DNA of 39,793 bases, taken from contig SHYE01000002.1 in NCBI GenBank assembly GCA_009692935.1, forward strand, positions 1 through 39,793, given 5' to 3'. Below the pieces are notes generated by a model. It was given only the letters and a program-made list of their open reading frames with translations. It made no database searches and had not been told where the DNA came from. Source of the DNA: Dehalococcoidia bacterium (GTDB taxonomy: Bacteria > Chloroflexota > Dehalococcoidia > SHYD01). Position numbers and translations under genes: made by a program. Within the stretch, counting starts at the first letter, position 1, and every line of letters begins with the position of its first letter. Shown here piece after piece: positions 15,844 through 25,650 of this stretch.

Positions 15844-17064
15844 CTACGGCTTCGCGTCTGTGGCGGTGCGCCGGCTCCGCAAGCCCGGCAACATACCGGT
15901 GAGCCGCCTAAGCCGGCTGGGCCGGGGTTTGGGGGGGCCAGAGGTCAGTTTGGCCTGATGCAGCCGTTCGTAGTAGCTCAGCACCTGTGCCGCCACGCGT
16001 TTCCAGGTGTACCGCTGCGCCGTCTGCATGCCCTGGGCGGCCAACCGCTCTCGGAGGCCGGCGTCGGCCAGCAGGTGCACCAGCGCCAGAGCGAGCTTCT
16101 CCGCGTCCTCCGGCGGTACCAGCAGGCCCTCCTCGCCATGGGTGATGACGGTGGCGAAGCCATCGATGTTTGTGGCGACTACCGGTGTGCCGCAGGCCAG
16201 CGCCTCCAGCAAGATGATGCCCTGGCTTTCTTGGCCGGTGTTGGGGGCGCAGAAAACGTGGGCGCTGCGGTAGTAGCGCGGCAGAATGTCGTTGGGCACA
16301 AAGCCGGTGAACACCACATCCTCGAGGCCGGCGCGCTGAATCGACTTCTGGTAGGCGGCCTTGGCGCCGCCATCGGGGCCCACAATCACCAGGCGCGTAT
16401 TCGGCATTTCGGCCTTGATCCGTGCGTACGCGCGCACCAGGAACCGCAGCCCCTTCCGCTTCTCGAACCGGCCCACAAACAGAATGTTGAGCTTGCCGTC
16501 CATCAGCTCGGGCAGCGGCTCCAGGTCGGGCCGGAAGACATCGAGGTCGATACCGTTGGGGATGATGTTGTAGTAGCCGGGGAAGTACTGACTCACGAAG
16601 GCCTCGGCCGCCCGCGAAACCGCAATCTTGCCGTCGAGCTTGCGGAACCAACGCTTCAAGATCCGCCAGGTGTACATATACGGGAGGCTGCGGTCGTGGG
16701 CAGCGTGGAAGGTGGCCACGTTGGTGGCAGTCGAGAACCGCAGCACGGTGATGGGCAACGTGGGTACCAGCGGTTCGTGCAGGTGGATCACGTCGAACTG
16801 CTCGTCAGCCAGCACCTGCTTCACTCGCTTGGAGAGGCGCAGCGAGAGCGCAATGCGGGCGATGGAGCCATTGGCGGGCACCGAGAACGGACGGCCGCAC
16901 ACAATGACCTGACGGCTGTCCAAGCCTTCTTCGGGTAGCGAACTGGGGGTAATAACCCGCACGTCGTGCCCGGCCTCGGTGAAGTGCTCGTGCAGGTGCC
17001 GGATGTGGTTGGCCACGCCACCGGGGTAAGCGTAGTCGTACGGCGAGACGAGGGCTATCTTCAA
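15844..17064 (-). CDS. GT4 family glycosyltransferase (PimA-like)
   Basis: 406 aa. MKIALVSPYDYAYPGGVANHIRHL... is a GT-B N-terminus, and ...GQESQGIILLEALACGTPVVATN... is the GT4 E-x7-E region. Confidence 0.85.
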   Translation of the reverse strand: MKIALVSPYDYAYPGGVANHIRHLHEHFTEAGHDVRVITPSSLPEEGLDSRQVIVCGRPFSVPANGSIARIALSLRLSKRVKQVLADEQFDVIHLHEPLVPTLPITVLRFSTATNVATFHAAHDRSLPYMYTWRILKRWFRKLDGKIAVSRAAEAFVSQYFPGYYNIIPNGIDLDVFRPDLEPLPELMDGKLNILFVGRFEKRKGLRFLVRAYARIKAEMPNTRLVIVGPDGGAKAAYQKSIQRAGLEDVVFTGFVPNDILPRYYRSAHVFCAPNTGQESQGIILLEALACGTPVVATNIDGFATVITHGEEGLLVPPEDAEKLALALVHLLADAGLRERLAAQGMQTAQRYTWKRVAAQVLSYYERLHQAKLTSGPPKPRPSRLRRLTGMLPGLRSRRTATDAKP

Positions 17065-17825
17065 GCGGCGCCGTTCCCTGAAGCCCGCACTCGGTCGATG
17101 GCCTTGCGCACTTCGCGACCCATACTGCGTGAGGGCGCAACCACCAGGCTCTGCACCTGCTGCCGCGCCAGGTTGCCATAGCCGATTTCCCGCAGGCTCA
17201 CGCCGGGGGCCGAGGCGACGGTGGTCTTGGCGGCGATGGCTGCTCGCAGATCAGCCGCCGTTGTGCCCGTGAACTCGGTGACGCCGGCCGCGACCGCGGG
17301 CAAGAAGTGCGCGTCGCTGGCGCCGATCTCGGGCAGATGCAGCAGCTCGGCGTTGAGTTGCAGCACCCGCTGGTGACGCACCTTCGCGGCTACCGTGGGG
17401 TTGCCGGTCTCGATGCCATCGAAATACACCCCGGCCCGTGCACCGGCTGCGATGCGCCGCAGGGTCGACTCGCCCACGCTGAAGGTGAGCCAACTCAGCG
17501 GGTGGGGGGCTATCGCGAGCCCGCCCTGCTTGTGGATCGCCTCGATGGTGTGCTCAATAGACTGCAGGCGGGGGATGGGTTCCTCGATGAAGAGCGCCAG
17601 TACGTGGCCCTGGCGCGTGGTGATTTCGCACCCCACGATCAGCTCGAACCGATACGGGTGGCGGGCCGCGAGGTCGCGAGCGACATAGCCAGCCTGCAAG
17701 TCATCGTGGTCGGTCACCGCCAGCACGTCGAGCGCCGTGTGTTCCTCGGCGTGATCCATCAATTGGCGGACGTCCATCATGCCGTCGGTAAAGCTGGTAT
17801 GGGTGTGCAGGTCAGCGAGTCCCAT
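17061..17825 (-). CDS. PHP-domain metal-dependent phosphoesterase
   Basis: Reads MGLADLHTHTSFTDGMM...LAVTDHDD...APHP...ASDAH, the His/Asp pattern of the PHP (polymerase and histidinol phosphatase) family. There is a 4-nt overlap with the GT4 gene start. Confidence 0.8.
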   Translation of the reverse strand: MGLADLHTHTSFTDGMMDVRQLMDHAEEHTALDVLAVTDHDDLQAGYVARDLAARHPYRFELIVGCEITTRQGHVLALFIEEPIPRLQSIEHTIEAIHKQGGLAIAPHPLSWLTFSVGESTLRRIAAGARAGVYFDGIETGNPTVAAKVRHQRVLQLNAELLHLPEIGASDAHFLPAVAAGVTEFTGTTAADLRAAIAAKTTVASAPGVSLREIGYGNLARQQVQSLVVAPSRSMGREVRKAIDRVRASGNGAA

Positions 17826-17828
17826 GGG

Positions 17829-18716
17829 TTACCTGGTTTCTGGAGGCGATGCGAGGTCTTGCTGCCAGATGGGCGTGAACACAATCCACTGCTCAGGATG
17901 GAGGGCGATCATACGCTCGGCCGCCGCAATCAGCAGACGCCTATTATAGGCCGATGCGTCGGGCCCTGGCTCGCGCCGCAACGGCAGCGGCTCGTCGAAG
18001 AAAATCTCGTAGCGCCGGCCTGGCAGCCGTACGCCGAAGGTGGGGATGAGTGCGGCGCCGGTGGCCACCGCCAGATCCACCGGGCCAGATGGCAGGTTTG
18101 CGTCAGCGTCGAAGAACCTGGTGGGCAGGCCGTGGCCGGTGACGTCGCGATCGGCGGTCATGGCCATCACGCCGCCGCCCCGCAGGGTGCGGATCGCTTC
18201 CCGGAGCGCTCTGGGGGCAACCGGCACCATCCGCAAACCGTGCCGGCTTCTGAGGTGCACCACAAAATCAAACAACGCTTGAGGCTGCAACTGCTCGACC
18301 AAGGCTAGTACAGGGACATTGTAGGCTTGCGATGCCTGGACCAGCAGATCGAAGTTGCCGAAGTGCACGGTGCACACGATGACACCGTTGCCGGCCCCGA
18401 AGGCCTCGAGAAGCCGCTCCGGGTGATGCACTGTCGTGCGGTTCAGCAGTGCTTGCGGCGAAACCAGCGGAATCCGGAACATGTCGATGTAGTTGTAGGC
18501 CGACGTCCGGAACGCGCCCAGCGCGGCGAGCCGTAGCGCCTGCTCGCCGGCCTCGGGGCCGAGCACGTGGCGCAGGTTGCTGGTGATGGCCGCATGGGCG
18601 CCGGCAGCCAGGCGATAGGCGAGCCAACCCCCGAGCCACGCCGCGCCATAGCAGACGCTGACTGGGAGGTGCTGCACCAGCCAGGCGGCGGCCCGGAAGA
18701 GCCAGTAGCGCCACAC
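17829..18716 (-). CDS. lysophospholipid/lipid A-type acyltransferase (HtrB/PatA-like)
   Basis: 295 aa with an N-terminal TM helix and the HX4D motif HFGNFD. The general LpxL/HtrB layout matches the PIM acyltransferase family. Confidence 0.8.
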   Translation of the reverse strand: MWRYWLFRAAAWLVQHLPVSVCYGAAWLGGWLAYRLAAGAHAAITSNLRHVLGPEAGEQALRLAALGAFRTSAYNYIDMFRIPLVSPQALLNRTTVHHPERLLEAFGAGNGVIVCTVHFGNFDLLVQASQAYNVPVLALVEQLQPQALFDFVVHLRSRHGLRMVPVAPRALREAIRTLRGGGVMAMTADRDVTGHGLPTRFFDADANLPSGPVDLAVATGAALIPTFGVRLPGRRYEIFFDEPLPLRREPGPDASAYNRRLLIAAAERMIALHPEQWIVFTPIWQQDLASPPETR

Positions 18717-18904
18717 GGTTAGCGGGCACCGTAGCAGCAGGCGGGGAGGGTAGGTGTGGACGGGGCGCGGTGCAGAGACACTATTCCATCATAAGGTAAG
18801 CAGCGCTCGACAAGGCCAGCGATGTGATCGCCGCGGCCCGACCTCGAGACTCGGTGGCTGGTCCGGTGCCGCCAACCATCACGCCGCGGGTGAAGCGACG
18901 CCCT

Positions 18905-18934
18905 GGTAGGGGCTGCATTCGTGACGCCTTAGCC
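18905..18934. repeat. Family C repeat (GGTAGGGGCTGCATTCGTGACGCCTTAGCC)
   Basis: Same design as 874-905. Confidence 0.6.
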
Positions 18935-19060
18935 GACGATCGGGGTGGTGTCAGCCTCAGCCTCTCGGGTTAGGCCGGTGCTGGGAGCGAGTCTGCGGGT
19001 GGCTGCGTGTGGCGACTTCTGGGTGCCCATTGCGGCATGTCCTTGGGTGGGGCGACGAGG

Positions 19061-21076
19061 CTAGGCGCTGCGCCGGCGGTTCTTCATGTAGTCCACGATC
19101 AGGTAGTCGCCCAGCTCGCCGGGGTCGGCGAAGAAGATGCGGCCGTTGTTGAGACGAGCCATGGCCTTGATGAAGCTGGTCATCACCGGCTCGGTGTCGA
19201 GCATGAAGGTGTTCACCACAATGCGGTCTTTGGTGCAGCGGCGGATCTCCCGCAGCGTCTCCTCCATGGCCTCCCGCATGCTCCAGCCCTGGTTATAGCG
19301 GCCCAAGTCATAGCCGAAGGAGTTGGCGTGGGGCTCGCCATCGGTGATCAGGATGATCTGCTTGGTTCCCTCCTTGTAGCCGCTGAGCATCTGGCGGCCG
19401 ACTCGCAGCGCCTCGGGGAAGTCGGTGCCGCCTGGATCGATCCAGTCGGTCTCCAGCAGCTGGTCCTTCTTCAGCGGCAACACGAAGTAGGAAAAGGCCG
19501 CGATTTTCAGCACGTCGCGCGGGAACTTGCTGCGGATTAGGCTGTCGAGCGCCATGGCCACCTTGCGCCCGGCGAGAAAGCGCCCGTTGCGTAGCATGCT
19601 GTAGCTCATGTCCAGCAGAATCACCGTGGAGCACTGGTTGATGGACGCCGACCGATAGACTTCGAAGTCGTCGACTCCCAACCGGATCGGCGTGCCGCCG
19701 CCGTCGCGCCGCAGGGCGTTTCGCACGGTGCCCTGAACGTCCACCTGGAAGGCGTCGCCGAACACGTAAGGCTTGGTCTCCTCCAGCCGCTCGATACCCC
19801 AGCCGTGGCGGCTCAGCGTGTGCTCGCCGGTGAGGCCGCGGTCGATGCGGCCGAAGATGTCGTCGAGCGCCCGCTCGGCGATGTGACGCATGGCGCGTGG
19901 AGTCAGTTCCCAACCCTTGCCCTTGCGACGGATCAGGCCCGCCTCCTCTAGCATGCGCTGGAAGTCCTGCAGCTCCTCAGCCATACGCCGGGCCTCTTCG
20001 CCCAGCAGGTGCTCAATCTTGTCAGGGTCGATCGCATTGGGGTTGTTCGTACGGGCAGAATCGATAAGTTCCTGCTCCAGATCCTCCAACCCCTTCATGT
20101 CGCCCATCAGCTTCATGGCCTCTTGCAGGGTGATGGGGTCGTCGCCGCTGAAGGGCATGCGGTCGCCGCGCTCGGCTGGATGCATGGCATCCAGCCGCGT
20201 CATCAGCTCCATCAGGTCATCCTGGAACCCGGGATCGCCCATGAGGCCGGACATCATGTCCTCCAGCTCCTGGCGCATCTCAGGCGTCATGGAGTCGAGC
20301 AGTTGCTGCATCTGCCCCATCTGCTGGGCCATGTGTTGCGTAAGCTGGTCGATGTTCTCCATGCCATCGGGGAACAGCTCACCCCACTTGCTCATGAAGT
20401 CCTGGAAGCCTGAGTCGTCGCCGCGTCGGTGCTGCTCCAGCATGCGGTTCAGGTCTTTCACCATCTGCTGCATCTGCCCCATCATCTCGGGGGTCATGCC
20501 GCCCAGGCCGCGTTTCAGACCCTGGAAGTACTGCTCCATCATCTGCTGTTGCAGCGTCTTGAGCAGCTCTTGGAACTCCTCGCGGGCTTCCGAATCCATG
20601 AAGTCGTAGTCGCGCAGTTTCTGGATGCGTCCGCCGGCCTGGGGCGGTAGCTTGTCGAGCTGGTCGAGGTGCTTTTTCGCCAGATTGTCCAACATGTCGC
20701 GCAGGCGTTGGTCCGATTCGGCGTCGCCGGTGTAGGGGGAGTTCTGCTGGTTCTCGTCCAGGCGACGTTGAATGCCGGCGCGCTCCTTGTTGATGACCTG
20801 CTCCAGCCGCTCCTTGATGTCGTCCATCACCGAGTCCATGTTGTAGCGCTGCAATTGCTCCTTGCGGCGCTCCCGCAGGCGCTCCAGCAGGTCGCGCATG
20901 CCGTTCATATGGCGGCCCGAGGGCATGCGAGCGCCCCGCTGCATGAGATCGCGCAGCGCCGACGACAAGTCGCGACCGTCGAGCACCTTTTCGCCCAGCA
21001 GGTCCATCAGGTCCTTGGCGTCTAGGTGCCCCAGGTCTTGCGTTCCGTCCCACTGGCGGTAGTGGTAAGCCCCCAT
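19061..21076 (-). CDS. VWA domain-containing protein with a long helical Glu/Met/Gln-rich N-terminal region
   Basis: 671 aa. The C-terminal VWA has a MIDAS-like segment VILLDMSYSM and a ...ILITDGEPHA strand. The N-terminal ~430 aa are coiled and acidic. Confidence 0.8.
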   Translation of the reverse strand: MGAYHYRQWDGTQDLGHLDAKDLMDLLGEKVLDGRDLSSALRDLMQRGARMPSGRHMNGMRDLLERLRERRKEQLQRYNMDSVMDDIKERLEQVINKERAGIQRRLDENQQNSPYTGDAESDQRLRDMLDNLAKKHLDQLDKLPPQAGGRIQKLRDYDFMDSEAREEFQELLKTLQQQMMEQYFQGLKRGLGGMTPEMMGQMQQMVKDLNRMLEQHRRGDDSGFQDFMSKWGELFPDGMENIDQLTQHMAQQMGQMQQLLDSMTPEMRQELEDMMSGLMGDPGFQDDLMELMTRLDAMHPAERGDRMPFSGDDPITLQEAMKLMGDMKGLEDLEQELIDSARTNNPNAIDPDKIEHLLGEEARRMAEELQDFQRMLEEAGLIRRKGKGWELTPRAMRHIAERALDDIFGRIDRGLTGEHTLSRHGWGIERLEETKPYVFGDAFQVDVQGTVRNALRRDGGGTPIRLGVDDFEVYRSASINQCSTVILLDMSYSMLRNGRFLAGRKVAMALDSLIRSKFPRDVLKIAAFSYFVLPLKKDQLLETDWIDPGGTDFPEALRVGRQMLSGYKEGTKQIILITDGEPHANSFGYDLGRYNQGWSMREAMEETLREIRRCTKDRIVVNTFMLDTEPVMTSFIKAMARLNNGRIFFADPGELGDYLIVDYMKNRRRSA

Positions 21077-21174
21077 AACCGGCTCCCTGGGGCGATATGG
21101 CTGCCCAAGCCTCGATGATAACGTGGTGACGATGCGGGCCCCGGTGCCGGAACCTAACCCGCGTTCGTGAAAAC

Positions 21175-21228
21175 GGCTAATGTTGCTCTCATTCTAGTAC
21201 TACTACGCAAGGGCCGGCGCAACATTAG
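21175..21228. other. 11-bp inverted repeat GCTAATGTTGC ... GCAACATTAGC with a 32-nt AT-richer spacer
   Basis: Arms lie at 21175-21185 and 21218-21228, between the end of the decayed DUF4015 gene and the start of the VWA gene. On the minus strand it is followed by CGTTTTCAC. Confidence 0.4.
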
Positions 21229-21255
21229 CTAAACAGCGCGCCCCGGGTTGGCGCC

Positions 21256-22663
21256 TCAACCACCGAGCTGCGGCGGGTCATCCAGCGGGTAGCGGCCGAA
21301 GGGGTCCCGCAGCATCCAGCCGATTGCGCCCGCTTCTTCAGCCGCACGGATCTGGTCGGCAATCTGGCGATTGCGATAGGGCAAGCGCCGGGAGCGATAG
21401 TCGTCGAAAGCCTGGAGCCACGGGCGAACGACGGCGCCGCTGCCAGCAAGCCGGTCCACCGCCGCCCGCACGCTGTCCTTCACCACGCGGTAGGGCTCGG
21501 CCGGCGGATAGTCGAGATTGAACGCGCCGTTGGCCCAAGTCGAGGGATAGACCATCGGCGACACATAGTCCACGTACTTCCCTATCGTCTCCAAGTGCTG
21601 CCCGATGCCGATGTCGTCTTCGGTGGCCACCAGGCCGAACACGTCGACTGCCAGTGCAACGCCTTTCGGCCGCAGGCGCGCGCCAGCCCGCTGCAGGAAG
21701 CCCTCGATGGCGTCGAGTTTCGCCGCATCAGTCAAAGGACGGCTGTAGGCCAGCGGTCCTGGGATGCAGTCGGAGGGGAAACGGATGTAATCGAACTGTA
21801 TTTCGTTGAAGCCGAGGTCTACGATGCGCTCGGCCTGTCGGAGTTTGTAGTCCCACACAGCGGGTTCAAACGGGTCGAGCCAGCGCTGGCCCTCACAGTC
21901 GATGTAGGGGGCGCCGTTGCTCGCCGCCCTCAAGCTGCGCGCCAGCTTGCCGCGTCAGGTCGAAGGCCACGGCAGGCGCCACCAGGCCGCGGTCGCTCAT
22001 CACATCAAGCACCACGGTGTTGAGCTGCAACCGATCGATATGCTTTAGCCAACCCTCGCGTACCGCGGCGGTATGCAGGGCGCCGAAAGGGATCTAGATG
22101 CCCTTCGGCGTGAATGACTCCAGCGTAATCTGCACCTAGCGGCGCGAACCCGGCTGTACACTCACGGCCTTGTAGCCGGGGGCGACCACCCGCAGCGCCG
22201 GGTTCTTGGCGATGCCGTCTATCCGGAATGCGCCATCCTCGCCGGCGAAGGCGGTGGCACTCCCGGCGCTGATCCGCGCGCGCGGAATGGGCCGCCGGTC
22301 ACGGTCGGTAATCACGCCGTACACCGTATCGGGCTGCAGCGACACCACGGATGCGGCATCGGCCACCGATAGCTGGCGAGTCTCGTAGTCGCCGCCGCCC
22401 AGCACCAACGGGACGCCCGTCAGCTCCTTGTCGACGCCGATCAGTGTGAAGCGGCCCTGGGCATCGGTGGTTGTGGAGAGGTGCTGCCACCTGACCTCTG
22501 CGTTCGCCAGCGGCTGCTGGGTTGTGGCGTCTACCAGCGTGCCGCTAATGGTGCTGATGGTGCGGTCGTACCAGACCTTGGCCCCGCCCCCCAGCAGCAC
22601 GCCCAGCAGCACCGCAAGCAGCAGGCTGCCGGGACCACGCCGTCGTCTGCGCCGGAAGTTCAT
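21256..22663 (-). pseudogene. membrane-anchored DUF4015-type putative glycoside hydrolase, decayed (two in-frame TAG plus a frame change or deletion)
   Basis: One frame reads MNFRRRRRRGPGSLLLAVLL...YKAVSVQPGSRR-TAG(22136-22138)-VQITLESFTPKGI-TAG(22094-22096)-IPFGALHTAAVREGWLKHIDRLQLNTVVLDVMSDRGLVAPAVAFDLTRQAG... The frame then changes near 21935-21960 into ORF 21256..21933 (...NGAPYIDCEGQRWLDPFEPAVWDYKLRQAERIVDLGFNEIQFDYIRFP...). Confidence 0.7.
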
Positions 22664-23340
22664 CAGGCCACCCGGAGGGCGATAATGACATCACGCATGT
22701 CGTAGGAGCGGGTAGCGCTATTGAACACGCCGCCACAGGTGATGAGCGTCAGGCGGCTCTCGGTGGTGGGCTGCAGAACCTCAACGGAAGCAGGATCATC
22801 CCAGCGGTAGCGGCGCTTCTCGCTCACCTCGTACACAAATTCCTGCGCGCCGTCGGTGAACACCACCAGACTGCCAGCCTGCAACTGCCGCAGCCGGAAA
22901 AACACCGCGCCGTGCGGCCGTCCGGTTATCCGGTCGGTCCAGTCCACATGGCCGCCCATCAGCGCATTGCCCGAGGAGCCAGGCGGGCTGCCGTAGCGGA
23001 ACCAGCCCACCTCAGCGGGGCCTGCCGGCGCCTCCATCGTGCCGTCCGGCTCGAGTCCGGTGTCGATGATGGCCGCCTCCAGCCCGATATCTTGTGCGAT
23101 GATTCGCCACGTGCCGGCTTCGATGGGGACTCGCGGGCCATCGAATGCGGGCTCCGGCTCGGGCTCCGGCGCTGCTGCCATCGCCATTTCGGGGTCCACC
23201 AGTGGTGGGGTGGTTGCATCAGCCGGCTGCACCGGCTTGGCGGGGTCGGGCGGGCCGGGCGAGTCGGCGGCGCCCAGGCTGCTACATGCCGCGACGCTGG
23301 TCAGCAGGAGCGCCCCCAGCAACAGCCGGGCCACCGCCAT
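22663..23340 (-). CDS. sortase family transpeptidase (class F-like)
   Basis: 225 aa. Has a signal/lipobox LLTSVAAC, a catalytic His in LMGGHVDW, the TLITC catalytic Cys motif, and a C-terminal Arg (MRDVIIALRV). Confidence 0.8.
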   Translation of the reverse strand: MAVARLLLGALLLTSVAACSSLGAADSPGPPDPAKPVQPADATTPPLVDPEMAMAAAPEPEPEPAFDGPRVPIEAGTWRIIAQDIGLEAAIIDTGLEPDGTMEAPAGPAEVGWFRYGSPPGSSGNALMGGHVDWTDRITGRPHGAVFFRLRQLQAGSLVVFTDGAQEFVYEVSEKRRYRWDDPASVEVLQPTTESRLTLITCGGVFNSATRSYDMRDVIIALRVA

Positions 23341-24542
23341 TAGACGCGCTCCTTGCCGGCGAGCGCGGCAACCACCCGGTCGAGAATGCGGCCGGCTAGC
23401 TCCGCCTTGGTCATCCGTGGAAGGTCGTCCACCCCGCCGCCGGCGTCCAGCACGGTCACTTTGTTCAGGTCGCTGCCGAACACCGGTTCGTCGCCCGCCA
23501 CGTCATTGGCGACGATGAAGTCCAGCCCCTTTGCCGTCAGCTTGGCCCGCGCGTTGTCCAACAGGTCGCGACTCTCAGCCGCAAAGCCCGCCTTCACCGT
23601 GAACCCCGATACGGCGCTCAGAATGTCGGGGTTCTTCAACAGGGTGATGGTCAGCGTCGCTTCGGGGCCCTTCTTGATTTTGTCCGGAGCCACCGTCTCC
23701 GGGCGGAAGTCGCCGGGTGCCGCAGCCATGATCAAGGCATCGGCGCCTGATGACGCCTGAACGCACGCCAACATCTCGGCAGTGGTGTGCACGCCGCGAA
23801 CGTCGATGCCCCAGGGCTTGGACAGCGCCGTCGGGCCCGTCACCAGCACCACCCGAGCGCCACGGTCCCGCGCAGCCTCGGCGATCGCGTACCCCATTTT
23901 GCCCGACGAGCGGTTGGTGATGACCCGCACCGGATCCAGCGGCTCCTCGGTGGGGCCGGCGCTGACGACCACTGTGCGGCCCTTGAGGTCGCCGCTACGG
24001 CCCAGAGCCGTGCTGACCGCGGCAAGAATGGCCTCGGTAGCGGCCAGACGCCCCATGCCGATAAGGCCCGACGCCAGGCGGCCGGGCTCCGGACCTACCA
24101 GCAGCGCTCCCCGTTCGGTCAGGGTTCGCAGGTTGGCCTGGGTCGCGGGATGCTCGTACATATGCGCGTCCATCGCCGGGGCCAGCACCAGTGGCGCCTG
24201 GGTGGCGAGTGCGGTGCCGGTCAGCGGATCGTCGGCCATACCGGCTGCCAGCTTGGCCATCAGGTCGGCGGTGGCCGGGGCTACCAACAGCGCGTCAGCC
24301 GTTTCCGCAAGCGTCACATGCTGAATGCTCAAGTCAGAGCCGGGGTCGAACCAGTTGGTGACCACCGGGCGATGGGTGAGGCTGCGAAAGGTGAGTGGCG
24401 TGACGAACTGCTGGGCCGCCGCGGTAAGGATCACACTGACCTGCGCTCCCGCCTGCACCAGCTTGGATGCGACGTCGGCCGCTTTGTACGCCGCAATGCT
24501 CCCGGAGACTCCTAGGACAATGTGCTTGCCCTTCAGGCTCAC
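23340..24542 (-). CDS. coaBC: bifunctional phosphopantothenoylcysteine decarboxylase / phosphopantothenate-cysteine ligase
   Basis: 400 aa. The N-terminal flavoprotein domain reads KHIVLGVSGSIAAYKAADVASKL, followed by a C-terminal DFP/CoaB domain. Confidence 0.9.
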   Translation of the reverse strand: MSLKGKHIVLGVSGSIAAYKAADVASKLVQAGAQVSVILTAAAQQFVTPLTFRSLTHRPVVTNWFDPGSDLSIQHVTLAETADALLVAPATADLMAKLAAGMADDPLTGTALATQAPLVLAPAMDAHMYEHPATQANLRTLTERGALLVGPEPGRLASGLIGMGRLAATEAILAAVSTALGRSGDLKGRTVVVSAGPTEEPLDPVRVITNRSSGKMGYAIAEAARDRGARVVLVTGPTALSKPWGIDVRGVHTTAEMLACVQASSGADALIMAAAPGDFRPETVAPDKIKKGPEATLTITLLKNPDILSAVSGFTVKAGFAAESRDLLDNARAKLTAKGLDFIVANDVAGDEPVFGSDLNKVTVLDAGGGVDDLPRMTKAELAGRILDRVVAALAGKERV

Positions 24543-24883
24543 GCCGAGGCTCCCGGTGGTGTGGGGTCGATGTGGCGGTAGCTGACGGTAATCGTCCGGT
24601 CTCGGTCACCGCGAAAACGCAGGTACAGGGCTGCCGCCGCGCTAAGGAGCAACAGCACGGTCAGCCCCAAGACGGCTACCAACACGAGCGCAGCCCACAG
24701 CACCACGGCAACCGCCGCCACCAGCACCAGGGCCGCGAAAAGCCCCAGCGCTAGGCCGAGCCGCGCCAGCGGGCCGCGCCGCTCCTCCAGCCACATGGCC
24801 ATGACGGGGGCTACCAGTGCTGCGACGAAGGCGCGCTTCAACCAGGAACGGGCAACCGCCAGCGTACGATCGAAGAAGCTCAT
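24539..24883 (-). CDS. hypothetical membrane protein (114 aa)
   Basis: Has two or three hydrophobic helices. It overlaps both coaX (stop) and coaBC (start) by 4 nt, implying translational coupling. Confidence 0.55.
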   Translation of the reverse strand: MSFFDRTLAVARSWLKRAFVAALVAPVMAMWLEERRGPLARLGLALGLFAALVLVAAVAVVLWAALVLVAVLGLTVLLLLSAAAALYLRFRGDRDRTITVSYRHIDPTPPGASA

Positions 24884-25650
24884 GAGTCTTGGTTCATTTC
24901 ATGGATCAAGCGGAGGCCTTCCAAGGTCAGGTCGGGCTCCAGCACATCGAACACCTCGCCGGCGCGGGCGATGACGGATGCCAAGCCGCCGGTGCCGATA
25001 ACGCGCGCATCGTCGCCCAGCTCGCTCTTGAAGCGCGCCACCAGTTCCTTCACCAAGCCAACATACCCGAAGATGATACCCGACTGCATGGCGTGCACGG
25101 TGTTGCGGCCGATGGCCCCCTTCGGGCTCACCATCTCGATGCGGCGCAGCATGGCGGTGCGGCTGACCAACGCATCGGCCGAGAGCTGCATGCCGGGTGC
25201 GATGGCCCCGCCCAGATACTCACCGTCGCGGGTGATCGCGTCGAACACCGACGCTGTACCGCAGTCGGCAATGATGATGGGGCCACCGTACTTATGGTGG
25301 CCGGCGACCGCGCCGGCTATGCGGTCGGCTCCCACCGCGCGCGGGTCTTCGTACAGCACCTTCATCCCGGTCTTCACGCCAGCGCCTACCACCAGGGGCG
25401 TGATGCCGCAGAAGCGCTGACAGACCTCGATGAAGGTACCCACCAGTGGGGGCACGCTGCTGCAGATTGCCGCTTGCTGCATGTCTTTGGTGGCGAGCCC
25501 CGCCATGTTCAACAAGCTTGCCAGCAGCACCCCGTACTCGTCGGGCATCTTCTGCGCGTCGGACTTCAGCCGCCAGCTATGGCGCAGCACGGCAGCGTCG
25601 TAGACGCCGAGCTTGACGTTGGTGTTGCCGATATCGATAGCCAGCAGCAT
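24880..25650 (-). CDS. coaX: type III pantothenate kinase
   Basis: Reads MLLAIDIGNTNVKLGVYD...GADRIAGAVAG...IIADCGTA, the CoaX (Bvg accessory factor family) signature. Confidence 0.9.
   Translation of the reverse strand: MLLAIDIGNTNVKLGVYDAAVLRHSWRLKSDAQKMPDEYGVLLASLLNMAGLATKDMQQAAICSSVPPLVGTFIEVCQRFCGITPLVVGAGVKTGMKVLYEDPRAVGADRIAGAVAGHHKYGGPIIIADCGTASVFDAITRDGEYLGGAIAPGMQLSADALVSRTAMLRRIEMVSPKGAIGRNTVHAMQSGIIFGYVGLVKELVARFKSELGDDARVIGTGGLASVIARAGEVFDVLEPDLTLEGLRLIHEMNQDS

Noticed and set aside
15646-16938. 430-aa plus-strand ORF overlapping the GT4 gene
   Set aside because: This is a shadow ORF typical of high-GC DNA. Its composition is Arg/Gly/Ala/Pro-rich and it has no motifs. The opposite strand encodes a clear GT4 glycosyltransferase.
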